Source: Lingula anatina (taxonomy: Eukaryota > Animalia > Brachiopoda). Taken from it: 64,000 nt of DNA. The first letter of the stretch is position 1; every line of letters starts with the position of its first letter. The position numbers and the translations under genes were made by a program. Positions 38,104 through 50,800 of this stretch are shown piece by piece. The notes below the pieces were generated by a model. It was not told where the DNA came from, searched no databases, and saw only the letters and a program-made list of their open reading frames with translations. Location: the NCBI GenBank assembly GCA_051362555.1, contig CM120640.1:36289967-36353966 (forward strand), in the 5' to 3' direction.

Positions 38104-41100
38104 ATGAGGTGCCTTTGGAACTGTATCGAAAGACCATTGAGCAGGGCTTTTGGTCGGTATGGGAGGTTTGTAGCAAGGTACCCACATCCTTTCCTGCTGA
38201 TTCCTATTTTAATGGCTGCTACACTGGGTTCAGGAATGTATCGACTCGATTCCTTAAAAATGTCAGATGTGGAATATCTTTTTACGCCAGAACACGGAAG
38301 AGCGAAAGAGGAGCAACGTACAACTAAGAGGTTATTTTCGACCAATGATTCCGGAGCATTTGATGCCACAAGAATGACCACGCTGGGAAAATATGGACGG
38401 TTAATCATCGTGCCATCCTTAGATGGAGAGAACATTCTGCAATTCAGTTATCTCACAGAAATAATTGATTTGCACAACCGTGTGCTAGAAATGTCGGTGA
38501 ATGATGATAAGGGGGGAGCATACACGTATGCCGACGTCTGTGCCACGTGGCAGGACTCTTGCGCAATAGCTAACCCTCTTTTTTTCTTACTAGGAAATAA
38601 TGCTTCAAAAATAGCTGGTTTGAACATTACATATCCGACTACAGAAGTGATAACACACACGATGGGAGCAAATGGTCTACCGACGCAAATATTAACCTCC
38701 ATTTTCCTTGGAGGTTCTATCGGTGGCGTCATCGTTGACGAATCAAATCTGATAATCTCCGCAAATGCTATTAATTTAGTATATTATTTAGATTCACAAA
38801 ATGAACTATTGGCAGAAATGTGGGAATCGTCGTTCTTGGATACAATGAAAAACATGGATTTCAAAGACATAATAGTGGCATATTACTCCTCCCAGACCTT
38901 GGAGAAAGAACTTGGGGCAAACGCCAAGTCAATCATACCTTTATTCAGTGTAACATTTACAGTGATGATAACTTTCTCCGTCATTACTTGTATCATGAAG
39001 GACTGGGTACGAAGTAAGCCATGGTTGGGTCAAATAGGCGTTGTTTCCGCAGGTTTAGCCATAGTGTCTTCATTTGGACTTATGCTTCATGCAGGGGTGC
39101 CCTTTATTGACATAGTAGCTTCAACGCCCTTTCTTATTCTAGGTGAGTTCTATCTTTAAGCTGTTTGAAGTAATGCCCAAGCAACTTAAGTGAATAAACT
39201 TAAATCTAAAGATAACAGATTTGTTAAAGTAACTGTACTTCAATGTCATCATCGAGGCTTATCTTTCTTCATGTTCAGATTGGCATTTGGGAAGTATTTT
39301 GCTATGAGTTTTGAATAAGGAAACTAGAGAATAACTCGCTTAAAGGCATAAAATGCACGTTAGACTTCAATAGAAAAAAAGGGAATTTTCCTGGAGATTA
39401 CAGCAAACCTACTCGGTATAACTTTTCCAAAAATGATGAGAAAATTACAATATATAAACCCATTTTCGAGTTTACATATCTTATTCGTAACAATCAAGAG
39501 TACTTCTATTACAAGAGTGACTCAGAAACTTAAAAAAACTAGACAGTTATTGCATGATAGGGCCATGATATATCTTGGTGATTGAGATGAACTTTTTGAA
39601 ATCTACAGGAAAAATTACTTTTGCTCTGTGGGTCAAACTTATTGAGTACTGTCAATATCTCTTTCCGTAGAATCCAGATTTGGGGATTTCCGTTCATTGA
39701 AAACTCACATCATGATGATCATAGTATTTTTTAAAATAAAGAACGTTTCTGTTTTTCTATTAGTTTGTTTGCATTTAAATTGTCATTTCCTAAATAAAAA
39801 AATTAGATACATATATCTGTCGTCATTTAAAGATATTAAAATACACATTGTCTCATTTTTCGTCATGTCAAAGAGAATGAGTGGTAGGAAAAATATTTTA
39901 TTTACAAACAAGCTTTGGTTGGATTATAAAACAGTTTCTGGTAAAAACTCAGTTAAATGCTGCATACATAATACAGACTAGGCCTAATTATGCTTTGGTT
40001 AAATGAGTTTATTTTCTTAGAACATATGAAACATTTCCTCAAATGTTGAATGAAAAGGTTTTTGATCATATGTACATTTTATCGTTTGCAGCAATCGGAG
40101 TTGACGATATGTTTATTATGATAGCCGCATGGCGGCAGACCAATCCACGCGACACCGTTGAAAAACGCATGGGGGAGACATTATCTGAAGCAGCCGTTTC
40201 CATTACCATCACTACGCTTACGGATGGTTTGTCTTTTGGTATTGGCGCCATTACTGATTTTCCTTCTGTCAGAATATTTTGTCTATACACAGGTAGGATC
40301 AACTGGCGATTACAGTTTTATCTAAAGTTGAAGAGTGCCATAAGCCTTTTTTACTTTTCGATCTTTCGCTCTTTCTGCGTGAAATGAACAGTTCTTGTGA
40401 TTATACGTATACGATTTCAATGTTTGAATTATTGCAATATGAATTCATTTTTGATAGAATTTATGGCTGCCGTGTGCAGAACTCTTTCGAAATACTCACT
40501 TCATAAATTTTATGGAATATTTTGATAAATACAGGCATTGCAGGAATTTTCTTCATTTTACTGGAACGGTGGTCACGAAACCATTATTATACACTTCATT
40601 ACTGTAATTTTTTCATTGGTATATCCGTAAGTTTATTTATTTATTTATTCATTTAGGTGTTGCTGTGCTCTTTGACTTCTTTTTCCAAATAACCTTTTTC
40701 GCTGCCAGCATGGTTTTTATTGGAAGGCGCGAGGCGGCAAATAGGCATTGCATGGTGTGTACAAAGGTTATACCCACGGATGAAGCAGGTATAGGTTGCT
40801 ACATTGCTATGTAATATATTTTTCCATTGAAAAATGCTAGGTACTCTGTGCACATTTTATTTTTATTTTGTACCTATGAGACTCCGCAAAGGTCGACCTA
40901 ATCGAAAAACATATTTTTGAAAGTAAGCCTTTTACAAATCAAACATTTGAAGATATTTATTTATATAAATTTAAAAGCCTTTATTTTATTATTAACTATT
41001 TAATTTTTATTATATTTATTTTTATTTGTCTAGCACAAATACGTATAGGCCCTCTATTCATTAGAAGCGGATATATTTTTTATATAAAAGGACATGCAGT

Positions 41101-42620
41101 GCAATAAACACCTTCAATAAAAAAAGCCAAATTATGTGTACAAATACATGCAAATGCTTCACATTGACATTTCAGAAAATCGTTCCAAAATATTCAGAAT
41201 ATTTTGCACCGGTGGAACGCCGTCAAAGAAGAAAGAGGGTGAAGATTTGAATCAGCATGTCATGATGGAATTCTTTCGAGATTATTATGGCCCTTTTCTA
41301 AATAAAATTCCGACCAAAGTTTCTGTGATTTTAGTATACGGTTCTTACTTAGGCATAGCTATTTGGGGAATCACAGGAATGAAAGAAGGCCTCAAACTAA
41401 AAAACCTGGCCGATGATGCTTCTTATGCCAGTTCTTTCTACAACCTAGAGGAAAAATACTTCAAAGAGTTTGGTCCAAAAATATCGGTTATCTTAGAAGG
41501 GAAGTTGGATTATTGGGATGGTACCGTACAAACAGAACTGTTTCATTTAATAAAATCTTTTGAGGATGAAAGGAATATATTTGACAATTACACGACGGAA
41601 TTTTGGCTGAGAGACTTTTTAAGTTTTATAGAGCAGTACAGCTTGACAGTTAATGAAACCAATTTTGTTAATGTGCTAAAACGCGAGTTTTTGCCTAGGA
41701 ATGAAAAGTTTTCATTAGATATACACATGGATAATACCACAGATAATATAGTGGCCTCCCGATTTCTGGTACAATCAGTTCAAACCACCACAGCGTCTAA
41801 AGAAAAGGAACTGGTTCTACTTGCCAGGCGCCTGGCTGATAATGCTCATGTCGATTTGAGTGTCACTGTCTTCCATCCTGCCTTCGTTTTCTACGATCAA
41901 TACGTAGCGATCATACCCAATACTCTACAAAATATTGGCATTGCTCTTGGTGCAATGGTAGTTATTTCACTACTTTTGATCCCCAATCCTATCTGTTCAC
42001 TATGGGTTGCTTTGTCGGTGGCATCAATAGAGGCAGGTGTTGTGGGTTATATGGTGTGGTGGGATGTTAATCTGGATTCGGTCTCTATGATCAATCTGAT
42101 AATGTGTATTGGGTTTTCTGTTGATTTTTCAGCACACATTGCATATGCATATATTAGCGCCAACGGTTGCACCGAGAAAAAACTTTCTTCCTCTCTGTTT
42201 TCCCTTGGTTTTCCCATTCTTCAGGGGGCTCTGTCCACGATACTAGGTGTGCTAGCTTTATGTGCATCGTCCGTGTATATTTTCAGAACGTTTTTCAAAA
42301 TAATGTTCATGGTGATTTTGTTTGGTGCTTTCCATGGTCTTGTTTTGCTTCCAGTGCTTTTGTCGATAGTAATGCCTGGCACCAAAAGGGCGCCTAATAT
42401 TTCACAGTCAAATTCAAAACAAAAAAAGGAGTTTCAAAGAAGTAAAGGTGATTTCTCACCCACATTAAGAAAGTGGATGAACGAGGTCAGCCGGCCTAGT
42501 TTATATGGAGTTACAAATGGCCATAGTTGTGAGACAAGAAACAAGTCTGAACCTATCTTAGGCATGAATGGTGCGATGCCATATACTATAACCTTAAATG
42601 TACGATCTGAACAGTTTTAA
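38104..42620 (+). CDS. Patched domain-containing protein (PTCHD3/patched-related, sterol-sensing-domain RND transporter), 938 aa, 4 coding exons
   Basis: Exons 38104-39142, 40092-40292, 40657-40788, 41176-42620 join in frame (2817 nt). Motifs: YGRFVARYP, YLFTP, SSD with DWVRSKPWLG and PFLILAIGVDDMF, SITITTLTD, second repeat with NLDSVSMINLIMCIGFSVDFSAH and FGAFHGLVLLPVLLS. Confidence 0.92.
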
Positions 42621-45600
42621 TGGCTGAATGGTGAAGATTTGCAAAATTATGAAGGCCATGCCTAATGGTATATTTTCCATTTGAAAGGTTGGCTAAAAAT
42701 GAGAAATTATTAGTTGCATGTTTGACAATTTTGTGCCGTGCTGCAAAGTAAGCTTGTAGTAAAATTTTGTTGGTAAAATATTATATTTCATATTCAGATC
42801 GTGTGACAATGTTATGCTAATAACTATTGCTTAGTTTATTTTGTTTGATTTTTGGTGAGTTTGCAAGACAATAAGATACATGTAGCTCAGGATTTCAGAA
42901 TTCTCACGGGAGCACGACACCCTTCTTGTGTATGACAGGAACACTATAGAGAGGATTGTCTGTAGTTTGGGATTCAGAAAACGGTGAAATTATGCTTTCA
43001 ATCTTTCTACGAACTAAAGTTTAGAATTTAACTGTATAGGGTATTAATATGTTAAGGTTTATGTAAAATGTGTGTAATAGGAACTGGTTTACAATAAAAC
43101 TGCATAGAAAATTAATTACTGTCTATGTGTTTTCAATTTTGTGCATAATAATCGTTATTTGTGCCGTACAGTAGCTATGCCAAATTTTTCAATAAAGCAC
43201 TTCATCAGATCTTACGATGCATTGCCATTTATCACCTCCGCAAAGTAAATAGTTTTTGATTCCATTTATCTGTTAGCAACATAATGGGGAAAGTTTTGGA
43301 CAGATTTTAATGAAATTTTCAGAAACTGTCCACAGGGGAACAAAGTAACAAGTGATAAAACATTGGTGGCCATTCATTAGTTAGTAAAAATTGCTGAGAA
43401 AAGGCCTGGCATTGCAGAGGCCTGCGTTCTTGGAGTGCTTTTCCAGTTAGTGTTGTGACCAGATTAAAATATATTAAAAGGTGGTGATTTGTTTGCTTAA
43501 CAGCATTATCACCACCACATTTTACCAAAGTTAACAAGCACATTCAGAGTAAGTACCTACCATGGTAGTAGCATAAGGCTTCAAATCCATAACAGTTAAA
43601 ATTTATACATAGGGCAACTTTTTTGAAATTCAGAAATACCATATTTTGAGATAGCATGGTGAGACTGATATTATAATTTGTTGTAAAATGTTTTGAATTT
43701 CTTCATGGGAATGTAAATATCGTTAAGTGTTAGGTGCAGTGGAATTAATCTGCTACTGGTTACATCTTTATAAGTTAGTGAAAACTGCAGTATTATTTAT
43801 TTATTTATGCAGAAAAAAGTGTCTAAAATAAAAGTAGTGGTAGAGCAATTGCCAGCAAGTACAGAAATTCCATTATTTCAAGACAAACTTTTATTGCTGC
43901 TAACAGAAAATACACACTTCACTAGAAAAATCCTTAATCAAGAAACCGAAATGTGTAATCAGTGTAATGACTTGTATAATCATTTTATAAAGTGCAAATT
44001 AAAGAGATAACAACTCTTTATATCAGATTCAAAATTCCACAATAAATACATTGGAAACAACACAGATATTAGTCCACTAAATTTCATTTTAACACCAAAA
44101 TGGCACTTATCGCAATTATTCTGAAATATATGCTTGCCTTTGGATCACACGGACTTTTGTAGATGGCTACCCTCTGTGATTATCTCTTAAAAGATTTAAA
44201 AAAAAAACACTGACTAACTTCAAATGTCAGCATGGATTCAATAACCATTAGTAAGTATAGGAATATACATATGTTTACCCAAGGAAAATTTTTATGTCAC
44301 TTTTCCTGCCAAGATGAAGAGTTGTTATCCCCTTAAGATACCCAAAAATAAAAAAAAAACAAAACAATTAGACATACTGTACTGTTGATCTGTACACTCG
44401 ACCAAAAAAGTTTGGAAATGTTATTTTTGATAATTATAAAATAACCATATTGAGCAAAAGTAAATTTTTAACCAAATTTTGATGAATAATGCACCCACCA
44501 ATCATTACTTTTTTATATACACTGACCGTTTTCCCACTAATTTACATAGTGTTTTATTATTGAAAAACAACTTTATATTTCTCTTTTTGGTCGACTGTAT
44601 ATTATAAAACTGTTTAAAATGATGCATTAAAACCAACTATATTTATTAAGGGAAAGTTGCATAGTTATTCATGCATGTCTTATTTAATGTGAGGCCATTC
44701 CACTCTAAAGTATTATTTTCCTTACGAGTGCTGCCACATTATGAAAGAACATCAACATAATCAAGCAGATGAAATACTAAAACAGCCTTCATAATATATT
44801 GGCTTGACCCAGATTTGAATTTTCTTCCTGTATTGCAAAAGTAATAATTTGACAATTTCTTAGTGAAAAGAATTATTCATAAATTCTCTGTTTTGCATCT
44901 TATAGCATCCACCTAATCCAGGTATATTTGCAATCTTGTCTAAGATATCTTTCATAAATGTACAGTTTTACAAATCAAAAACTTTTCGTTTGCTTACTAA
45001 GTTTCCAAATTTGGTAATGATGGACATTGTGCACCTGCCTGGATGGTTGTCAGTACATGATCCTCTTGATTAATACATGCATTAATTATGTTTACAACAG
45101 GCTGTACCTACAAACTACTTATTTAGCAAAAAGGTCCATCAGATTTTGATTTCATTGCATCTTTCTTTGTAACTACCTTTACATAGGTACTAAATCTATT
45201 GAATCATACAACCTTTGAAAGCTTTAGATAACTTGTAGTGCAAAAATGATTATATAGTACTAACAAACAATTTAATTATAAAATCCCATGTACTAGTATA
45301 ATTTGCATGTATGTTATCACTATGCAGCCATAAATCCACTCTTAAGGATACTACAAGCGTTTGCCAAAAACTCTTTATCTACTTCCTTACATTCATTCCT
45401 TTGCATATAGCAGATAAATATTTAGTATTCAGGGTGACATCATAGTTGTGATTTAGGAGTAAAAATGGAAAAATCATTTTGTCAAATTTCTCTTTTACAG
45501 GAGCACATGAGAACATCATTTTTAATGCCAATTTAATGAGACCATTTAGTACTCCAAAATCCTGCCAGCAATTTTCCTAAATGCCTTAGTTCAGATTTTA

Positions 45601-46173
45601 TCATTGATAAAGCAAAATACACATTTGATTAATAAAAATCTATAATTAGGGGCTCACAACTCCATAATAAAAACATTTAAACCAAAATGACATCGATGGT
45701 ATTGAAGCCCATGCACTTATGGTTAGCTGTGTCAGTTTATGTGATAAAATCTTTGTTTAGGGATGGAGTTATGTCCCATACCCATTACTATCTCACATCA
45801 AAATAATGTGTTAAATAATTGATGATAAAAGCCTTTGAGTTGCAAATACATAGCAATGAGAAATATAAACGCTGATTTTTGAAATTTTTTAGGGGATTTA
45901 TATTGTTGTAAATCATTACAAAGGTACATGCATTATTGAATAATTTAGTGCAGGAAAAACTCATTTCGGTGTATGGATGATAATAAACCCTTACCATATC
46001 CTTTAGTCTTAATGCATGTGCCTAGGTTAAATTTTGATTATAATAAATAAAATCTGATTAGATAAGATAAGCACATTAGGTATTATAGAAATAAACAATG
46101 ACATATCAAAGTATATCATTATAAAAGTGAAATATTCTACATGATGCATTAGATAAGAGAGGCATGTCTTATC

Positions 46174-46901
46174 TGGTCTCTTGGCAAGTAAGTGCTAATT
46201 ACCTAATTGATAAGGGTGATTCAGATACTGTCTCAGATAATTTCTAAAGCAAGGAAAGACTTGGTTGTGGAAGTACTAGTGCAGCATACTTTTAATGTTT
46301 TGACAGGAGAGCTTAGGAATATAGCATTAACAAACAAGGTACATTTATTTTAAAATTAGACATGGCCTTTTATTTGTCACAAACAAGATAAATGTGAAAT
46401 TGATACGATTTCATTTATAATTGTGAATACTGATGTGCCTGTAATTAAAGTGTTACCATGTTTTAAAAGTAAAAAAGTAATTTTGTATTTCAATTTTTTT
46501 TTTTGTGAATTGTATATGAGTATTTGGTACAAATAAAAGGAAACTTGCTTTACAATTAAAATAACTGTACCTTGTTTTTCACTGCCTTGCATTCACATTT
46601 CTTGGGACAATAACAAATACTTAATGTCAAAACCTTTTAATAAAGAAAAATTGTTAAATGTATGCTACATTTTCCCTGCTTTAGAAATTATCTGAGGTAG
46701 TATCTGATTCATCCTTTAGATATAAATCAAAATCAAAGAAAGAGAAAACAAAGAAAGGAAGACTTCCTTCAAAACAATTTTAAAAGTATGCTGCACTAGT
46801 ACTTCCACAACCAAGTCTTTCCTTGCCTTAGAAATTATCTGAGACAGTATCTGAATCACCCTTATCAATTAGTCAATTAGCGCTTACTTGCCAAGAGACC
46901 A
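46174..46901. repeat. Long inverted repeat (~120-bp arms, ~485-bp spacer); foldback/MITE-like
   Basis: 46174-46295 is the near-perfect reverse complement of 46780-46901; a partial third arm lies at ~46676-46716. Confidence 0.85.
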
Positions 46902-47849
46902 CCCTTTGCTACTCACACAATGGCCCTCTACCTGATTGCTATCTTCACCTGTCTGGCTGGAGAATAAGTCCAAGTCTGGTCTGAATGTGTGTGGGGAGAT
47001 AATTGCTTTGCCACTTCAGTTGAATTTAGACCAATTATAGTCTTACTCACTGCAGTTTAAGTTTGTTTTTAGTCTTAAGACTAAATTAAGAGTCCCTCCT
47101 TGATTTTTAAGACCGGCTCAGTCTAGTGTTAGACTGAAATTGCACTTTAAGATCAAATCAGGCCCACTAGTGTTTGGTCCAGCAATTAATTTTCCTAAGA
47201 GGCAAACACTGGCTATATAGAAATATATACTTTAGTGATTATAAATTTATGTTTTGGAAAGTTTAATAATTTTGCCCATTGAAAAGATCAATTCATTACG
47301 TTGGGATGTATCCAAATTTGCCATTTAATACATTGGGTAGCAATGACTCAAACCAAGACATCCACTAGAAATGCCACATAATATTTCCAACCCCTAGGCC
47401 TACAGTTACAGCACAAATGCCCATTTAGGACAGGGTATGCTATAATCTTTGTCATTAAAAATACAGTGATTTACTTCAATCGATAATAATTTCAAAATAT
47501 AGCTATTATATAGCTATTATCAGGCAGAATTGATTTGGAAATTGTTTTAAATCATAGCCGTGGGCTAAGAATAATTCTGGGGGAGGGGGCAGTTAAAGGC
47601 CATATACGATGTACAATATGCATGCAAGCAGGTTATTTCTTTAGTCTTTGGTACTAATCTAGATGCTAACTACATGCCCCAGCCTATGTTCCTGTAAATG
47701 ATACAATCTGACATAGAGTTCCCTGACTTTTAGTAACATTGCCAGAAGCTCTATAGGTTGTAGGCTATTTATGTTTCACTTCAGTTGCAAATATTACTGT
47801 ATGTATAGGTCAAATTTATACAAGTTCGACATGTGAGCAACAAAGTGCA

Positions 47850-50800
47850 TCAAACAAGGTTCAATGTTTTTGCAATGTCTTGGGTAAGTACAGCTCGGAT
47901 ATGAATGTCATGGAGAAATAAATGTCCACTGTTGAACATTCTTATACCAAAGCTGAAATCCTTGTGCCGTATATCTTCCCAAGCAATTAGCTTTTCCCTT
48001 GCAACAAATGCATCCTTCTTCCCACCATATATCTTCATGGGGCAGGGGAGTTTGGCTGAGTGTGTATATTCATATTTTTTGCTCATTTCATGAGTTGCTC
48101 TGAGAACAGGAACAAACTGTCGAAGGGTCATAGGATTGTTGATGATTTTTCCATCCAAAAATGTCAGCTGCTGTGCCTCTTTCACAAAATCCTCATTGTC
48201 CATGTTGCTGTCTAGGATTTTATTTCTGAAAGTAGGTATTTCTTTGTATGGTATTTGTGGTGCAAACCATGCTCCCATGAAAAGGTGTGCTGGAAGAACC
48301 CCTTGCTCACTCAAAAAGTATGCCAGTTCAAAGGACAAAAGGGCTCCAAAACTATGACCATAGAAGGCAAACTTTCCATGCATCAAAAGTGGTCTCATTT
48401 CACAGGCCAATATACCAATGACTTCTGACATATTCTTCATAGGTTCTTCCAAGCGTCTTCCTTCCCAGCCAGGCAGTTGAGCCACATAGACCTGAGTGTG
48501 AAATTTTGAAAAATATTTTTGCCACCCATTAAATGATGTCAGTCCCCCACCTGATGGAGGGAAACAAAAAAGCTGGAACTGCGTATTTTCCAGAATTTTC
48601 TCTGTGATGAAGAGAGAAGTTTTTGCCTCTTTGGATTGGTCAGAACCCTTGACAACCTCTGTTGATGCATTATCTCCTTTGGAATGCAGTTGCATGTAGA
48701 TTGTGGAAACTAGCTGCGCAACTGTCGTGCTGCTGTTCAGAAGGTCTACTGGTGGAATTGATACATTGAATTCATTATCAATGAATGCTCTTAACTCTGT
48801 AGCCATCAAGGAGTCCAGTCCCATTTCAACTGGAGATGTGTCTTCACTGATGTCAACTATACCTAAGGTCTGCAACAGATAATTTTCAAGCTTTTCTTTA
48901 ATGCTACTCTCTGTTTGGTGTGATCTTGAATATTTGCCAACAGCGAGTTCTTGCAATGTTTTCGTGCTAAAAAAGTTTTGCAACCTTGATAATGTTACAT
49001 CACCTTCTACTGCACCTTTTGTGATGACTGAACGATGTTTACGTGCATACAATGCTTCGTCAAAATGACCGGTGACACCTAAGTGACTGCACTGAAGCTC
49101 AAGCATTGTTCCCAAAGCTGCTGTTGTTTGGGATGGAGAAATGTTTCCTAGGCCTTTCTCCTTCCATACTGACACTAAATTGTTGTCAGCTGCAAACCCT
49201 GCCTCTGATATTACTCCAAAACTTGCTGCAGTCCCAGGCAGTCCCATACTTCTTCGCATCTCTACTAATGACACCAACACGGAGTTTGCTGTGGCATAGT
49301 TGCTTTGTCCAGCATTTCCTATCAAAGCCACTAGAGATGACATCATCACAAAATTTGCCAGAGGTATGACATATTTCAATGAAATTTGATGTAATAAAAC
49401 AGCTCCATATGCCTTTGGTAATATTACTGCCTCCCAGTCTTTCTCAGACATGTTGGTCATCCAATTATCCAAGTAAACTGTTGCGCAGTGAAAAATGTTT
49501 TCCACTGGGGGTTGAGTTTCCACTATCTCTGAAAACACAACATCTACAGCACTGGCATCGCTGACATCACAAATATACAGCTTAATGTCTGCATTTTTAC
49601 CAAGCTGATCAAGGACACTTTGATTTGCAGTTGTTGGATTGCTTCGAGTAAGTATGACAACATGTTTTGACCCTCTTCTGATAAGCCATCTCACAACTTC
49701 CAGACCCATACCCTTTGCACCTCCAGTGATACACTGTGTCATTTCTGGATTAGGCTCATAAGTGTCTTCTGAAAAGGTAGAAATCATTCCCATGCTAGGT
49801 CTATCAAGATGAATCACCCTACCCATGCATTCCTGCAGGTTCTTATTTTCAATTTTCGAAGCTAGCATAGCACAGCCTATGGTTGGTAAATAACACAACC
49901 TGTTAGGTAATGCATCAACAAACTTCAGTATCTCAGCAAGATATTGTGGTGTTTTGAGGAGTAGTTTCACCCTGGCACTAATTGGTAGTAACTGGATGTT
50001 TTCACGAATGCCATTAAAATTCCTGAGCTTTAATGGGGTCTGAGTGAAAACAACAAACACACCAAAATCTGAGAGGCAATCAAGGCACTGGAAAAATCCC
50101 TTCTTGTTTATCAGATACTGGCCAGTTGCAACAACAGCACTGAACTTTCCAATATTCTGCAAAGCATCCTCTCGGAGAACCTCTTGATCTTTCACAAAAT
50201 CACTGATTTTCTGTCCAGATGGCAGTTTTTCATGATCTGGGCAGTCATTATTGCAACAGTAGCTTAAAATGGTAACATTACACCCTGAGGTTTTGAGAAT
50301 CTGTGCAGTGACCAATCCTTTCCTGGATTTTTCACAAGTACAAACCAGCACTCTATCATCTTCTTGGACAGATTTGGCAGAGTAGACCATAATTACACTT
50401 GCTAAAGCATCATTCACCAGAGAGAGTAATGTACTGCAAGAAGTTTCAAAATTTCCCAGTGGCATGACATTTTCTTGAGGGATCAAAATTTCAGATTTGA
50501 GGCATCCCTTAAAAACTGCAATAACAGTTTGCCCATCTTGTAAATTACCTCTGCTGCCTTCACCTTGTATTACATGCCCTGTGCAAATGAAGTGTGGGTC
50601 ATCAAAGCAGCCATCTGCAAGAAAGTGCTCAATGGATATCTTGAAACAGTTATCAGGTTGAACATCTGTGACTGTATCTGCTTCATACACAAATTTTACC
50701 TGCTTTGCCTTGTTTTGATGCAGCCTGAACTGGTGAGCAACAATGGGATGTCTTCTAGTCAAAGGTGATTGGAACTTTGCTCTTCTCACAAATAACTGTA

